Source: Lytechinus pictus (lineage: Eukaryota). Taken from it: a stretch of 64,000 nucleotides of DNA. The DNA lies in contig NC_087255.1 of assembly GCF_037042905.1 (NCBI RefSeq), forward strand, positions 18,476,001-18,540,000. Reading direction: 5' to 3'. Positions 1-13,400 of the stretch are shown here, piece by piece. Both the position numbers and the translations under genes were made by a program. Numbering within the stretch: position 1 is the stretch's first letter; each line of letters begins with the position of its first letter. A model generated the notes under the pieces. The model had not been told where the DNA came from. It worked only from the letters and a program-made list of their open reading frames with translations, and did no database searches.

Positions 1-3000
1 CTAATAGAAATTTATCCAAATGTTTTCTTTTCACATACCTATAATATGCCATAAAGAATTTCAAAAAATATGATTGCAATCGAATGAGACTCCCACGAAA
101 ATAAATCACTGGTTTGAAAGCAAAATGGGGTTTGACGAATCAATTGAGAAATCTTCAATATTTTTTTACTACTGTAGCCTAATAAAATAAAAAGAACAAA
201 GTTTGAAATTTCATATAAACTTTGATGCACACGATAGAATATAAAAACAAATTTTGCAACAATGGGCACAATCGAAGTCTAGTTTGCCGCTAAAACTGAT
301 GACTCTAAATTGACATTCCACTGGTCTAAATCATGACGATGAAGTACCGGTACTTTAAAAAAAATCCTCTTGTTTTTTCGTAACTTCTACATATCTAATT
401 TCCCTGCTCAACACTGAGAAAATAAAGAAATACATGTGAGTATTGATACCTGACTTCTTTTTAAGTCTCATAAATTTGCATTTTGTTTTAAAACTTTGCA
501 AAAATGGTTGAGGCGGACTATCTGCCCAATAGTTTGTTTTTTCCTAATAAATATACTATTTGCTTTGAATTTCAAAGGTGTGTGACAAGGATTCTCTATT
601 GGTCCCCTTCTATTTTACTTCTGTTAGTTATTACCAATGGCAAACTTTCTTTCTTTCTTCTCTTCAAAAAAAAAAAAAAAATCAATTGAGATGAGCGATT
701 TTTAAGATGATAAAGTTGTTCAGAATTTTTGTTCTTAAATTGAGTTTCCTTGTGCAAGATAAATCCAACAAGACCTTGGAATAAAAAAGGTCCCCACTCA
801 CACCGCAAATATGTCACATACTATACCAGATGACGTGCTTGTGTTGTGGAGTTCATGGAGGGAATACCACCAACATCTAATACCTTTAATATGAGTCCCA
901 TTTGAAGTATTTTAGTTGCTCATGGTATTCAGCTGACTAATGAAGATCACAGGCTAGGGTTTTGGTCCTTTTATTTTGATTTACACTTATCAACAGTCCA
1001 TGCAATCAGTGTAAATTCTTTCTCTATTCATCTTTAAAATGTTCATTCAGATGTTTTTCTTTCGTCAACTGACTAAAACTTTCCCTACCTGCTTTTCACC
1101 CAAATGCCCCGGGTGAGGGCACATCATTTATGCTGCACATGCAATAACGTCCATGTATCAATGGTATCACACAAAAACATTACGAAAAAGATCAGTCTTT
1201 ATAAGCATGATACCATACAGTTCATTTGCATACAGGGTGGGCACAAGCTCCACCGTGAATATGCATTACAGTCACATGACAATAAACAGTTCATTAACAT
1301 ATCTCATGAATATGCAATATGCTAATATGCTACACTCCACCCACTTTTCTGATTTCTCCATTGCATTGCATCATTTGCTACACACACCATAAGAACAGAT
1401 GGTCCAAATGATTTGTTGGCAAAGGTAAAATGTAAGCCACGCCGCTAACTAACATCTGAATTCCAAGTAGTCCTACGAAAGAACATGATGGCACGTAACG
1501 CAGCACAGAGGCAATTCCAAATATTTCCCTCGCATCACATCAGGTAAAGATCCTGCATGATCCTATAAGATTGGTCCTCATTTTTTCCTGGCACATAATC
1601 ACTGGTAACATCCAAATGCTTAGGAGAGAAGTGGTAACAGTCCTTCTCTTTTCTCCTGCTACCCTTTCTAAACAGAGCATGCACTCTCTCAAAGAAGTAA
1701 ACATTAAAGGATTGTCCTAGGGTAGGGTGAAGAAAATGTTTATGAGGGGGTAAAGTCCCAGATTTAGGTTAGAGCACTGAAGCCTAGCCGCACACTGAGA
1801 TGCTATCAGCTACCCCAGCTACTAGCTCCACAAAGTACTGGTCGGAGGCTGAAACTTTTACAGAAAAATTGGGAGTTGGGAGAGGTTAGTGTATATAATC
1901 ATGAAAAATCTCAAAAATCCCTAGTTTATCAAGAAGGTAGACAGTTAAAGATGGATTTTTAAAAGAGAATATGATAGGATAAAGAATATCACTAAATCAC
2001 AAACAGAAATCGATATCTCTAAGGACGATATTTTTGTTTTTAACCCGACTGATCACTCAAAAGAGAAGCTTAAATTTAAAAAACATTTGTTTTCTATATT
2101 ACAATTATGCAAGATGTTGAGGCACATGAAGAAGTCAAATGAATAACACACGTGGGAGCATTTTATGAAGCTCTTTGTCAAAGAATCAAATTGTTATAAT
2201 TTACCAAAATACTTCTTTTTTTTTTTACTTCTGACTGGTAAGGAATGAGTTTAACTCTGGAAAGCATTGACAAAACTTTTCATAAAACATTCCCAAGCAA
2301 GTTTCATTCCAGTATTCTCCTTGCGACAAGGTATGGGTACAAACCATGAATTAGGGATGCTGTTGGAAACCTATAGGCATAAACATGTTTGATATTTTCA
2401 AGACACATTTTGTAGTATTGAATGTTGTAATTTTTTAGCACTGTGATGAGAAGGAGAGAAATGAGTGATGTAAAGCCACAAAATTAAACAGATTCTACAT
2501 AATACTAAATTTGCTTGTCCATATCAAGGGCCAGTTCTCCACAGATGATAACTCGAATAAAATTATATCAATAGCTCCTGATTTGCATCATTATGGGATC
2601 AACCTCGATGGCTATCAATGGAAATGTTTTATCTAACAAACACCATAGTTTGATCATCTATAACAAATTTAAATACAGATTACCAATTGATTGCCTATTT
2701 GACATTCTGGGAAAAAAAAGAGATTAAAAGATTAAAGATTAACCTCAATTGCAATTCTACAGAATAATTTTCCCCATATTGCATCACAATTTGCTCTCCA
2801 TTTTTTTTAATGATTCCTAAAAACATAATTATTTTGTGTATCAAATATTCATACAGGACTGTGCAAAAGGGTGAATTAATCTTTTCCTCAAAGATAAACC
2901 TGCTAAACAAATTTGAAAGGTAAATTATTCCCTGCAAATCCAATCTGTAAAGTACAAACACTGGCTATGCTGAAGAAAATCTTCCGTGGCCTCAAAACAT

Positions 3001-3052
3001 AAAGCTAAACGATCAATCATACATAATAATCAATCCAATCAATCGTAGAAAT

Positions 3053-3241
3053 CTGGTAGGTGTTTCATAAAGCTGTTCGTAGGTTATGAACGGCTTCACA
3101 AACAAACATCCGATCGTGTGATTAATGGTACGCACCAGATTTTCATTGGTTGTTGATTAACATCTAATCCCCATGAAAGGGTCACCAATCATTCGTAAAG
3201 TCGCTTGTAACTTGCAAACAGTTTAGTGAAACACCCACCAG
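3053..3241. mobile_element. MITE with terminal inverted repeats (Harbinger-like)
   Basis: ctggtaggtgtttcataaagctgtt ... aacagtttagtgaaacacccaccag imperfect TIRs with CWG flanks. Confidence 0.6.
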
Positions 3242-3453
3242 GCCCAGGATCCATCGCTAAGCTTTATGTAATGTGGCCCTTGTCATAATCGCAAAGATAA
3301 TTCCCCATCCCAGGATACTTTAGAAACTCACAAATTGTAACCCCTACATAAAACCAAAATCTTAGATTTGCATATGACACGTACTGCAATGATGTGTGCA
3401 ATTGCTTAATATTCACAAGCCTAATATTGTGTACATGTAGGTGTTTATATTAA

Positions 3454-3570
3454 AGGGATGCTCCGGGCTGAGAATATTTATTTTGATCAAATTTTCAGTA
3501 TTTTGTTCTGTGAATTTTACTCTTTTTATTGAAATATACAGTGTAAATATATTCAGCCTGGAGCATCCCT
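3454..3570. mobile_element. Short TTAA-flanked MITE (Kolobok-like), internally deleted relative of 45363-45970
   Basis: TTAA|agggatgctccgggctg ... cagcctggagcatccct|TTAA. Confidence 0.75.
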
Positions 3571-3615
3571 TTAAGCATAACTTTCGTACACACTTAATTA
3601 CTTGTGAAACAACCC

Positions 3616-3765
3616 CAGGGGCTAGTTGCAGAAAGAGTTGCAATCAATCGCAACTCTAAAAATCATGCGCAACTTGATTTTCAACCAATCAACAGCGCGC
3701 ATTTGGGACTTGCGATTGATTTTTGACTTGCGTTTAAGCGCAACTCTTACTGCAACGGACCCCAG
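3616..3765. mobile_element. MITE (Harbinger-like)
   Basis: ggggctagttgcagaaagagttgc ... gcaactcttactgcaacggacccc TIRs, CAG flanks. A related end lies near 52643-52680. Confidence 0.65.
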
Positions 3766-3974
3766 ATCTGTCAAGTTCTCTTTTAAAGTTTCATAGTAAT
3801 GGTTGAGATTGAAAACAGAGCTTTTCTATTGACATACCAAACACTATTATGAAGCTTTAAGAAGCTTTGAGCTGGTACTCTCATTACGGTGCGTGGTATT
3901 ATACATGTGTTTAAGAATAGACAAGAGTGGAAACTCAGTACAATGAGGTCCAAGTGTCCAAAATACTAATATAC

Positions 3975-4227
3975 CAGGGGTGGTGTTTCACAAAGAATTA
4001 AGTGTGATTCAAGAGTCATACTTAAATGCTGATGTTCACATGTCACACGCAATCTTATTGATAAATATGCAGTTGCGTGTCCTCTTTGCATAATTGGACC
4101 AATGTGGTGATGTTTTGTACAGTACTCAACTGAGATTTGAAAAAGGTTGAGATGAATTTTATACAGTACGCAACTGGGAATAAGTATGACTCTAAGTCGC
4201 ACGTAACTATTTGTGAAACACCCCCAG
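3975..4227. mobile_element. MITE (Harbinger-like)
   Basis: ggggtggtgtttcacaaa ... tttgtgaaacaccccc TIRs, CAG flanks. Confidence 0.6.
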
Positions 4228-4328
4228 AACACCTTATACTAAGATTCTGAAGGAACTAGAAATGAAGTCGGAAATTATTCCAAATGATACATCGATGGAG
4301 ACCCATCAAGTTTCAACGTGATACTCAC

Positions 4329-4474
4329 TCCATTCTGACTTTGGGCACCGGTCGAGGATGGTGACCGGCCTCCTCTCTCCGCCGGCGAGCAGCACGGAGG
4401 ATCTCCACCACATCTATGTTTTCATCACGCGGGAAAAGCCGACAGACGCTTTCACCGCACTTGGGCTCGATTTC
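4329..4474 (-). CDS. YTHDC1: YTHDC1 exon, end of YTH domain ([26 protein letters not shown]...)
   Basis: CAG acceptor at 4477-4475 and GTGAG donor at 4328. Continues GRDGQ|EIE in phase 0 and ends in phase 2. Confidence 0.93.
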
Positions 4475-7400
4475 CTGTAACAAAATAGGGTAAAGAATCA
4501 TGCTTGCACTGGAATCTGGTCTGAGAATAGTCTATATCTGGTCATTATATCCTGAAATTTTCATAAATTTCCCATCACTTAATTGTCAATCTTCATAATT
4601 TATATTAATCATCGTATCTGCAAGATCAACAAAGCTACCAAACAACTACAAGTACTACCTTTACAACTCTGGAACGAAAAAATACAACATTTAGCTTTTT
4701 TTTTCAAAGTTTTTATTGAAGGATTACTATAACTAGAGTATCCTACATGTCTCTCTTTACAAATCTTGACTGGTTTTCTATCAGGTCACTGAAATGGATC
4801 AGTCTAGTCCAGTCTCACAAAGAGTTGTGATTGATCCGATCAACCTCCACTTCCCGGAACCCCAATGTCATATTTTTTCCTACAGGAAATTTACCCAATG
4901 TCCTTTTGCAAATAAAGAGGAGCAAACTGAATTGTCAAGAAAAAGAAGAATGCATAATATCTAGAAAACATTAATCACAACTCTTTGTAAGACAGGATGA
5001 TACAGAAGTTTCCTTCGTATCAAGATTAAATTCACCCATTGAAGGATTACTGTAACTAGAGTATCCTACCTGTCCGTCTCTCCCAATCTTGACTGGTTTG
5101 CTATCATTCCACGGGTTATACAGATGAGTGGTCTTGGTGAAGGGTAGATCGTTTCTGGTAATCCAATCAACCTTGAAGACTCCTCCCAGGATGGAGCGGT
5201 TCATCCCGTTGGGAAGCACCCAGTTGATAGGCTGGCCGTCTCTACGGGACTCGCACCGCATACGGGCAAATCCTACAGTAGGAGACACACATCAGGACAT
5301 CAGTAATGATCTTATATTCACACTTTTTAATGTACTGGTAACTTCGACTCAATGGATTTCTTTAGGGACCACAATTTAAGAGGTAGAGGAATTCTTTTGC
5401 CCGTTTTACAAAGAGTCAACTTCAATCGTAACATGGCTCAGCAGCCAATCGCAATTGAGGTCTCCATGTTTTTTCCAATAATGACAAGACACCTTAGTTG
5501 TAGGTCTTCATGAAACATGCCAGTTATGTCTCAAGCCACGATTAAAGTCCCGGCATGTTCTGATAAAATATTATTCTGTAGTCATCACTGGTGTGAGTAT
5601 TCCACTTCAGAATTGGATCAAGGTCTAATTTCATAAAGAGTTGAAGAACAATGCACAATTTCTATAACAAAATAACTATCAGCCAATCAGATTGATGGAT
5701 TCCAATAGCTTTTACATGTTATTGCGAATTTCTCATTGCAAAAAGTTTTTTGAAACAGGGGCCCTGTCTTACCTTGGAACTTGCCACTTTCTTTGACAGA
5801 GAAGATAAGAAGCACGTTCCTGGATTCGCGGAATGCCTGGTTCAAACGCTGCTCGTTGTAGGGTAACGTGGACCATACGCCCTGCAATTAAAATCAAATT
5901 ATTTCTGCATTAAATCTGAAAAAGGTAAGTAGAATGACTGAATGAGCAATTTACAATAAATATTGAAGAAACAATATTCATAACCTATCCCTCAAAAATG
6001 CAGAATATAAAACATTACACACATTTATGTTGCTTTTTTTGTTTATATCGGCTTATTTAACTCATGGAAAAAAGTTGAATAAAAATATTGTAATTACCAG
6101 TACCGCGGTAAGTGGAAAATATTTAGCAAAAATACTGAATGCCTTGTGATTTTACGGCAACAAAATTCTATAATCTAAAAGCACAACATTATGCTAGCTC
6201 ATGATGATGCTAATTCTATTACAGAAGTTAACATAACACATCATATACAAAATATTGATGAAAAAGGCAAGATACTTATGATATAGGCCTACATATATAT
6301 TGTGATGAGGTTGATGTCTGCAAGAGTCCATTATCCATGTTATACAACATTCACTTGTTCTTCCAAGTTTACATGAATGATATTTATTACATGGTCACAA
6401 GCTCCTCATCTCCACTTATGTTCTCTTTCTCTTTCCTCCCAACTTCTTTCTCTCCTTTCTTATCCCCCCTCTCATTCTATCAACAGTCCCTCTCCCAATT
6501 CTCTCTCTCTTTCTTTCTTTCTCTCTTTGTCTTTCTAGTATCCAACAATCACTGAAAATGTTAACAATCATTTCCTAATACATGTACGAAAGGGTACACG
6601 TGGTTGGATAAGCTAGAGCTGCTATAATCATGAGGATGTTTCCTGTCATTCTATTATAGAATTTTTTTTTTTTTGAGGAATTGAATACAGGAAACAAAGA
6701 ATGATACAAAAAGGATTTTCATCAGCACGGCTCGAGCAAAAAGACTGGTACAAAACTCAAATAATGAAAGTCCACATAACATCATTATGATTATTTATTG
6801 AAGGTAATAATATTAAAAATAATCCATAGAATTTGAAGAGCGCACTTTCCATCATAATTTATGCTCAAGGCGCTGAATAAATAAGTGTAAATAAATCATG
6901 TTGAAGCTATCAACTGAAAAAGAGACTAGATTTTAATTCGTCATGCGGACGAATTAGGTGGTCTGTCCTTATTGTCGCCATCATGATCACTATTACCATG
7001 TTCAAGCAGATCAATATGATCTTCATGATGACAACGGAATGTTCATTATTGATGGAATACTTGTGAAAGACGGGAGATGATAAAGAACTGTGAAAAGGGT
7101 CTCTTTGATATATGAAAATACATGTGATATGAAAATAGTAATTATAATCTGTTTAATCTTGCTTAATTTTAACTTTCATACCTTTTAAATACCATAAAGG
7201 ATCATGTACGAGGTGGTAAAAAGAAAAAAAAATGAAAATAATTCTTTGTTCACCCCCAGGACTCGAACCTGCGCCCCCGAGAACTCAAGTCAAGTGCGTT
7301 ATCCATTGAGCCACAATATTCCCCATAGAGATTACACGTTCCCATAGAGATTACACGTAAGCAAATTTGAGAATTGCAAATCCTATTTTGCAAGCGAAAA

Positions 7401-10400
7401 ACGGACATGATTCCGGCATCTGATCGAAAAAACAGGTCGATAATTTCGAAAGCTTAGAATCTAAGCTACAACATACTAAAAGCTCAGGAAAAACTGACAA
7501 GAAGAAATGGAGATATGGCTCACGAAATAGAGGAATGTCGAATCTAGTTTTGAGAAAAAGTCATGTCCCATAGAGATTACACGTAAAATGAGGAAAAATG
7601 ACATGCCTCTTTTCATCGCAATTTTACACCATGATGCGTTTTTCAAAATGAAAATTTATGTTAACTGTCGAGAAAGAGTACATTCTAAACTACGACATAT
7701 CGAAATCTGGGCGAAAAATGATCAATATTCACGGAGTTATGATCAAATTTGCATAAATTTGATGACGTCATTTTTGAAAAAATGAAATTTTCAGTTTAGG
7801 CGCAATTTTGATGACGTCATGATCAAATTGAGGGACAATGGTGACATGAAATCAAATCTACAACTCATACTCTATCGATATATGAAAAAAAAAATGGGGT
7901 CAACGGACTATTTAAAGAGGTATAGTGAATTTTCAATTGCCCCCTTTTTTTGGCCATATATGGCCCTGTAGTGAGAGCTCGCGCGCACACGTGCTGCAAA
8001 GTTTAACAGGTGATAATTTCGTTATTACTTGTCGTAGAAGGTTGATCAAGGTATCAAATTGTTCAGAATTATATTATCGGTGCATTGATATAAAAAAAAT
8101 GGCGATTCTATGTTGGAAGATGCAATTACGCGCGAAAACGTGCGCGCATGTGCGTGCGCGCGTTTTTTTGCAAAATGCTTAAAATGGCCTGAAACGTATG
8201 GAAAATTAATTTGGAACGAATGTGAGCATTTTAAAATTTTAATGCGCGCGTACGTGCGCGTCGAGGTGCGCGCGCGGAATTTGATGAAATTTTTAGTTGA
8301 CCGTTGACCTGAAGTTGATGTATACCAAATATAGTTGATTTTTGATGACTCGTTATCGAGATATGATAATGACCTGATTTTTACAAAATGGCGCCTGGAT
8401 GACGTCACGATGACCTAATGACCTTGAAAAAAGGAGGACACACTTCCGAAAGCTTAGAATCTCAGCTACATCATACCAAAAGCTCAGGGATAACTAACAA
8501 GAAAAAATGGAGATATAGCTCACGAAATAGAGGAATGTAGAATCTAGTTTTGAGAAAAAGTCATGTCCCATAGAGATTACACGTAAAATGAGGAAAAATG
8601 ACATGCCTCTTTTCATCGCAATTTTACACCATGATGCGTTTTTCAAAATGAAAATTTATGTTAATTGACGAGAAAGAATTCATTCTAAACTACAACATAT
8701 CGAAATCTGGGCGAAAAATGATCAATATTCACGGAGTTATGATCAAATTTGCATAAATTTGATGACGTCATTTTTGAAAAAATGAAATTTTCAGTTTAGG
8801 CGCAATTTTGATGACGTCATGATCAAATTGAGGGACAATGGTGACATGAAATTAAATCTACAACTCATACTCTATCGATATATGAAAAAAAATTGGGGGT
8901 CAACGGACTATTTAAAGAGCTACAGTGAATTTTTAATAGACATGTTTTTGCCCATATATGGCATGTAGTGAAAGCTCGCGCGCACACGTGCTGCAAAGTT
9001 TAACGGGTGATAATTTCGTTATTACTTGTTGTAGAAGGTTGATCAAGGTATCAAATTGTTCAGAATTATATTATCGGTGCATTGATATAAAAAATTTGGC
9101 GATTCTATGTTGGAAGATGCAATTACGCGCGAAAACGCGCGCGCATGTGCGTGCGCGCGTTTTTTTGCAAAATGCTTAAAAAGGTCTGAAACGTATGGAA
9201 AATTAATTTGGAACGAATTTGAGCATTTTAAAATTTTAATGCGCGCGTACGTGCGCGTCGAGGTGCGCGCGCGGAATTCGATGGAATTTTTAGTTGACCG
9301 TTGACCTGAAGTTGATGTATACCAAATATAGTTGATTTTTGATGACTCGTTATTGAGATATGATAATGACCTGATTTTTACAAAATGGCGCCTGGATGAC
9401 GTCACGATGACCTAATGACCTTGAAAAAGTTGATTTTACTAGAAATCATTGGGCTTGATGACTGACAGAAATTTGAAGGAAATTTATCATGTCAATTTCG
9501 AATGAACGTGTGTACAAAAAAGTGTACGGAAGAAATAAAAATAAAGAAATAAAGAAGAATAAATAAAGAAAGAAAATTCTGGCGAAATTAATAGGTGATC
9601 TGTCGTTGACAGACCACCTAATAAACTGTTATGAGAGGGTATCACTAATCTGCAAAAGCAAACCCTGTCACCTAAAGAGAGTACACAATCAATGAGATAA
9701 AAGATAACATAATAAGACTGGAGAGTTGTGAAAAATTCAATTTTCAAGAAAATTAAGGCATAATAGGATGTGATGAATTTGTCAGAGTTGTCAGATTTCA
9801 GAGTTGATCAATGATGAGTCTTCGTAATCTAAATAGTTAAATGACAAGCTAAATTTCTATTGCAATTGAATTTGGCCCAGTCGAATCATGCAGATTTTAA
9901 TTGACATCTCAACTGTAAAGATGCAGCATTGTGGCCCAGTGGATTAGTCTCCGGACAGAGGGTCGTGGGTTCAAATCCCAGCCATGGCGTAGTTTCCTTC
10001 AGCAAGGAATTCATCCACAGTGTGCTGCACTCGACCCAGGTGAGGTAAATGGGTACGGACAGGAAGTAATTCCTCGAAAAGCTGAGTGCACCTGAATAGG
10101 TAGCCTAGCTTAGCCGGGGTAATAATAATAGCAGGGCCCGCTGGAAAAACAGTTTTCGGAACTGAAGTGGCTACCCTGGGTAAATATAACATTATCATTA
10201 TTATTAAAGATGAATCCAAGAAACAAAATACTTTTTTCTGTTAAAATATGAATGAAATTACTTGAAAGATACAATTACAGTGTAATTTCACACTTTGAAA
10301 CTTCATAGTCAAGTTGTCATGTGCAGTACAAATTAAGTATCCTTTGAAATGTCTGTCAAATGAAAATTTGTACCATTGATAATAGGCATTATATTACCAC

Positions 10401-13400
10401 CATAGATCTACATGTAGAAATAATCTAAGGCAAAGTATTATCATTACACTGGCTTTGGCTTGGGGAACCGTTTCCAGGAATTAATCCTGCCGGGTACCCA
10501 TTCACCTCGGCTGGCTTGAGTGCAGCACAATCGGGATCAATTTCTTACTGAAGCAAATTACACCATGGCTGGGATTTGAGTCTACAATCCTCTGTTTCAA
10601 AGTCTTGAGATCTATCGGGTCACACACTCCACATACATTATATCAATTATATATCATTGCAAAATAACATACATCAGCATGATCTCAGACAGCAATGTTT
10701 TGAAATAACTAGCCCACAGTAAACTTGACAATAAGATGAGATTTACAGGTAAATTTGCATTCTAGGCAGACCTTCCATAAGTCAAATATTTGCCCAAGTT
10801 CAGCTCTCCAAATGCATTCAATATGTTCTAAAAGCTGCTGGAATATTGTAAAGAATACTTCGAATGCATTCAAAATAAAAATCAAATTAAATTAAAAAAA
10901 ATAAAAAGAATGAAGTTAGAATGTACTTAAAACGCAGCTTGATATTTTTCTCAACTTCACTTGTACTTGGAAAGTTTTGAACATGACCAAAACATTCAGG
11001 ATGACCAAAAGAATTGACCAAAATATTTATAATTTTTTAACAGAGTACCGTCGCTTTTGATACCATATTTTTGTAGAGAATGATGAAAAACCCCCACTAC
11101 CAAAATTTGGTGGGAATCGGTCCATGGGGGCCTTAGATATGACCTCATGAATACAGAATTAGCTCCATTGAAGTTAGTGTATTATTGGCCTGGTCCTAAA
11201 TGTTAGGAACCAGGCCAAAACACATTGACTTTCACGGGACTAATTATGTATTCATGAGGTCATATCTAAGGCCCCCATGGACCGATTCCCACCAAAATTA
11301 CCACACTTTGGTATTCTATATGCCTGAATACGCACAATTTTTCAATCCGACTCCATTGCGGATCATATTGGCTCTAGTGTGAAGCGTCCTAAGGTCAATA
11401 TGAACTCCAGTTGGGTGAATTCAAAATTCCCTTCCAATTTTTTTTCCATTCCAGCCAATTCTGCTTGATTCCTGCTGATTCTTAATGAGTGAGATGTCTT
11501 TTTTTTTTACACTGCTTGAGATACATATATACCTTGTTCAAAATTGGAATATGATTTTAAAGTTGGGGACCGAACTTGGCCAGCTACACACAATGCCATC
11601 AATGTGCTTGCAAATGCAACATTGTACAAAACATTATCTGCCACCCCCAAGCCAAGAATAAGCTGCCAAAAAATGAATTTTGAGGGGGGGGGGGTTAGAG
11701 AGAGCTTGAAAAAGTACACCCTGTGCAGTAAATGATTTGTCAAAATTGATCAACAATAACACACACACACACAAGTACTTGATTGAATGAAGAAGTTCAG
11801 TGAGAGCTTCAAAGAAGAAAACAAAGTTTAAAGTATTGAGTTTCATTCAAGCATGAGATGTGCAAACTTCCAAGCAGTCCCCCAAAAGTGTGAACGAACT
11901 CTTTTATCTAGTCTTTTAAATAACTTTACTATCCTCTTTCAGATATGCTAATTTCTTGGTTTTAGTTTATGAAGACCAAATTAGTATTTTGGGTATTTAC
12001 AGGAAACCTTCCCTGGCAAGTTATTGTTGGATGGGGTAGGTCACAATTCTCATATACCCAGTGCTTTTTTTTTGCAACATGCAACAGGAAACCACAATGG
12101 CAGCATGAAACCATAGGTCAATGGCAAGTCAGCATTTACTTTCAACATGTGCACAATATACAATAGGGAGCTGATTATTGCAACACATTGTCGGACCAGA
12201 TGGTCCACAATCCAAGGAGTATCAGGATAAACTGTAGCGATTGCGCAAGTATTTCATTCTTTGGCCCATAGACTGCTTGCAGAGAGACCACACATGTTTC
12301 TGGTACTTCTCATTCTTCCCATGGCAAAATATTTTCATCACCGTATCTGTGTTTTGAAAAAGAGAGAAAGGGAACGATTAAGCATTTATGATATATTGGG
12401 ATGTTCAGAATGGAATACCAGAGATATTCCAAGAGTTAGAGGTAATAAGGAATCAAGGATGAGTGTAATATTGGCCCTAATGTGCAGAATACTTCTGGTA
12501 TTTTAACAAATACAGCAATCCAATATAATCATTATCTACCCCCCCAAAAAAAAAAAAGATTAGTGATTGAGTAAATCATTTCCCTTGTCACAATCAGTTA
12601 TTATGGCTTCACTTCATACAATCAATGTGATCACAGAAGTGTGACTTACTTTAGGACGTCATGTAGTATCACTGCGCTCTATGTTGAACATTGCATTATC
12701 ACTTACAATTCTCAGTTTCATTTTTTCTGGGACACATTGTATATTGAGTGATACATACCTTCAATTTTCTTGACTAAGTTGGGATCCAGTAGTTCATAGT
12801 CTTTGTATTTGCCCGAAGACCGAAGAGTGCTTTTGATCAGGATACTGTCGCCAAAGAGGGCCTGGGCCAACGCCCGAGTGAGGGATGTAGCACCATCTAC
12901 CTCAGAGCAGGCATTAATCCAATCTCGTTCAGCAAGTACATCGGTAATAATACCTAAAATAAAAGACCAAATGTTTAATTAATCACTCTTTCCATAAGAG
13001 TAGTGAAATACTCAGACTGGATTTCACATTACCATTCCTAATTGGAAGCATGTGTGTTCTGTCTCAATAAGGGTGTGTTGAGACGAGTTCAGAAAACACC
13101 ATGCCATAATTCATAATCATATATATATAGAATCCGTTTCTAAGGCTTGGGTTATGAATGAGTTACATAGTGAAACGCCGTGGGGGTCTTGCCTGCATTA
13201 GGCACTTCAATGTAGCAGCAGAGCTAACATTGAAAAGTACAAGTACAATGAATAATTTTTTTTCAAAACGAGAGAGAAAAAAACGAGACATTTACAGTGG
13301 AATCCCAAGTTCAATGACCTCAAACGACATTTGTCAGTGATCATACTCTTCTGTAGACATTTCAAAAACTTAACCTTGGCTAAGATTTCAAATGTTGACA

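Larger units (their letters stand above)
6925..9624 (-). mobile_element. Non-autonomous Helentron-type (HINE/DINE-1-like) element with internal ~1-kb tandem duplication
   Basis: Subterminal IR ttaggtggtctgtc (6954-6967) / gacagaccacctaa (9608-9621), local IR at 9591-9621, simple-sequence tract 9530-9575, terminal stem-loop aattcgtc-atgcg-gacgaatt and a CTAGT end on the minus strand. Confidence 0.75.

Noticed and set aside
7248-7313. Functional tRNA gene
   Set aside because: A and B boxes are present but the cloverleaf stems are incomplete, so it is treated as a tRNA-derived fragment.
7925-9405. Paired 65-120-aa ORFs suggesting duplicated small genes
   Set aside because: They arise from the 1-kb tandem duplication inside a non-coding element. 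No splice or domain support.
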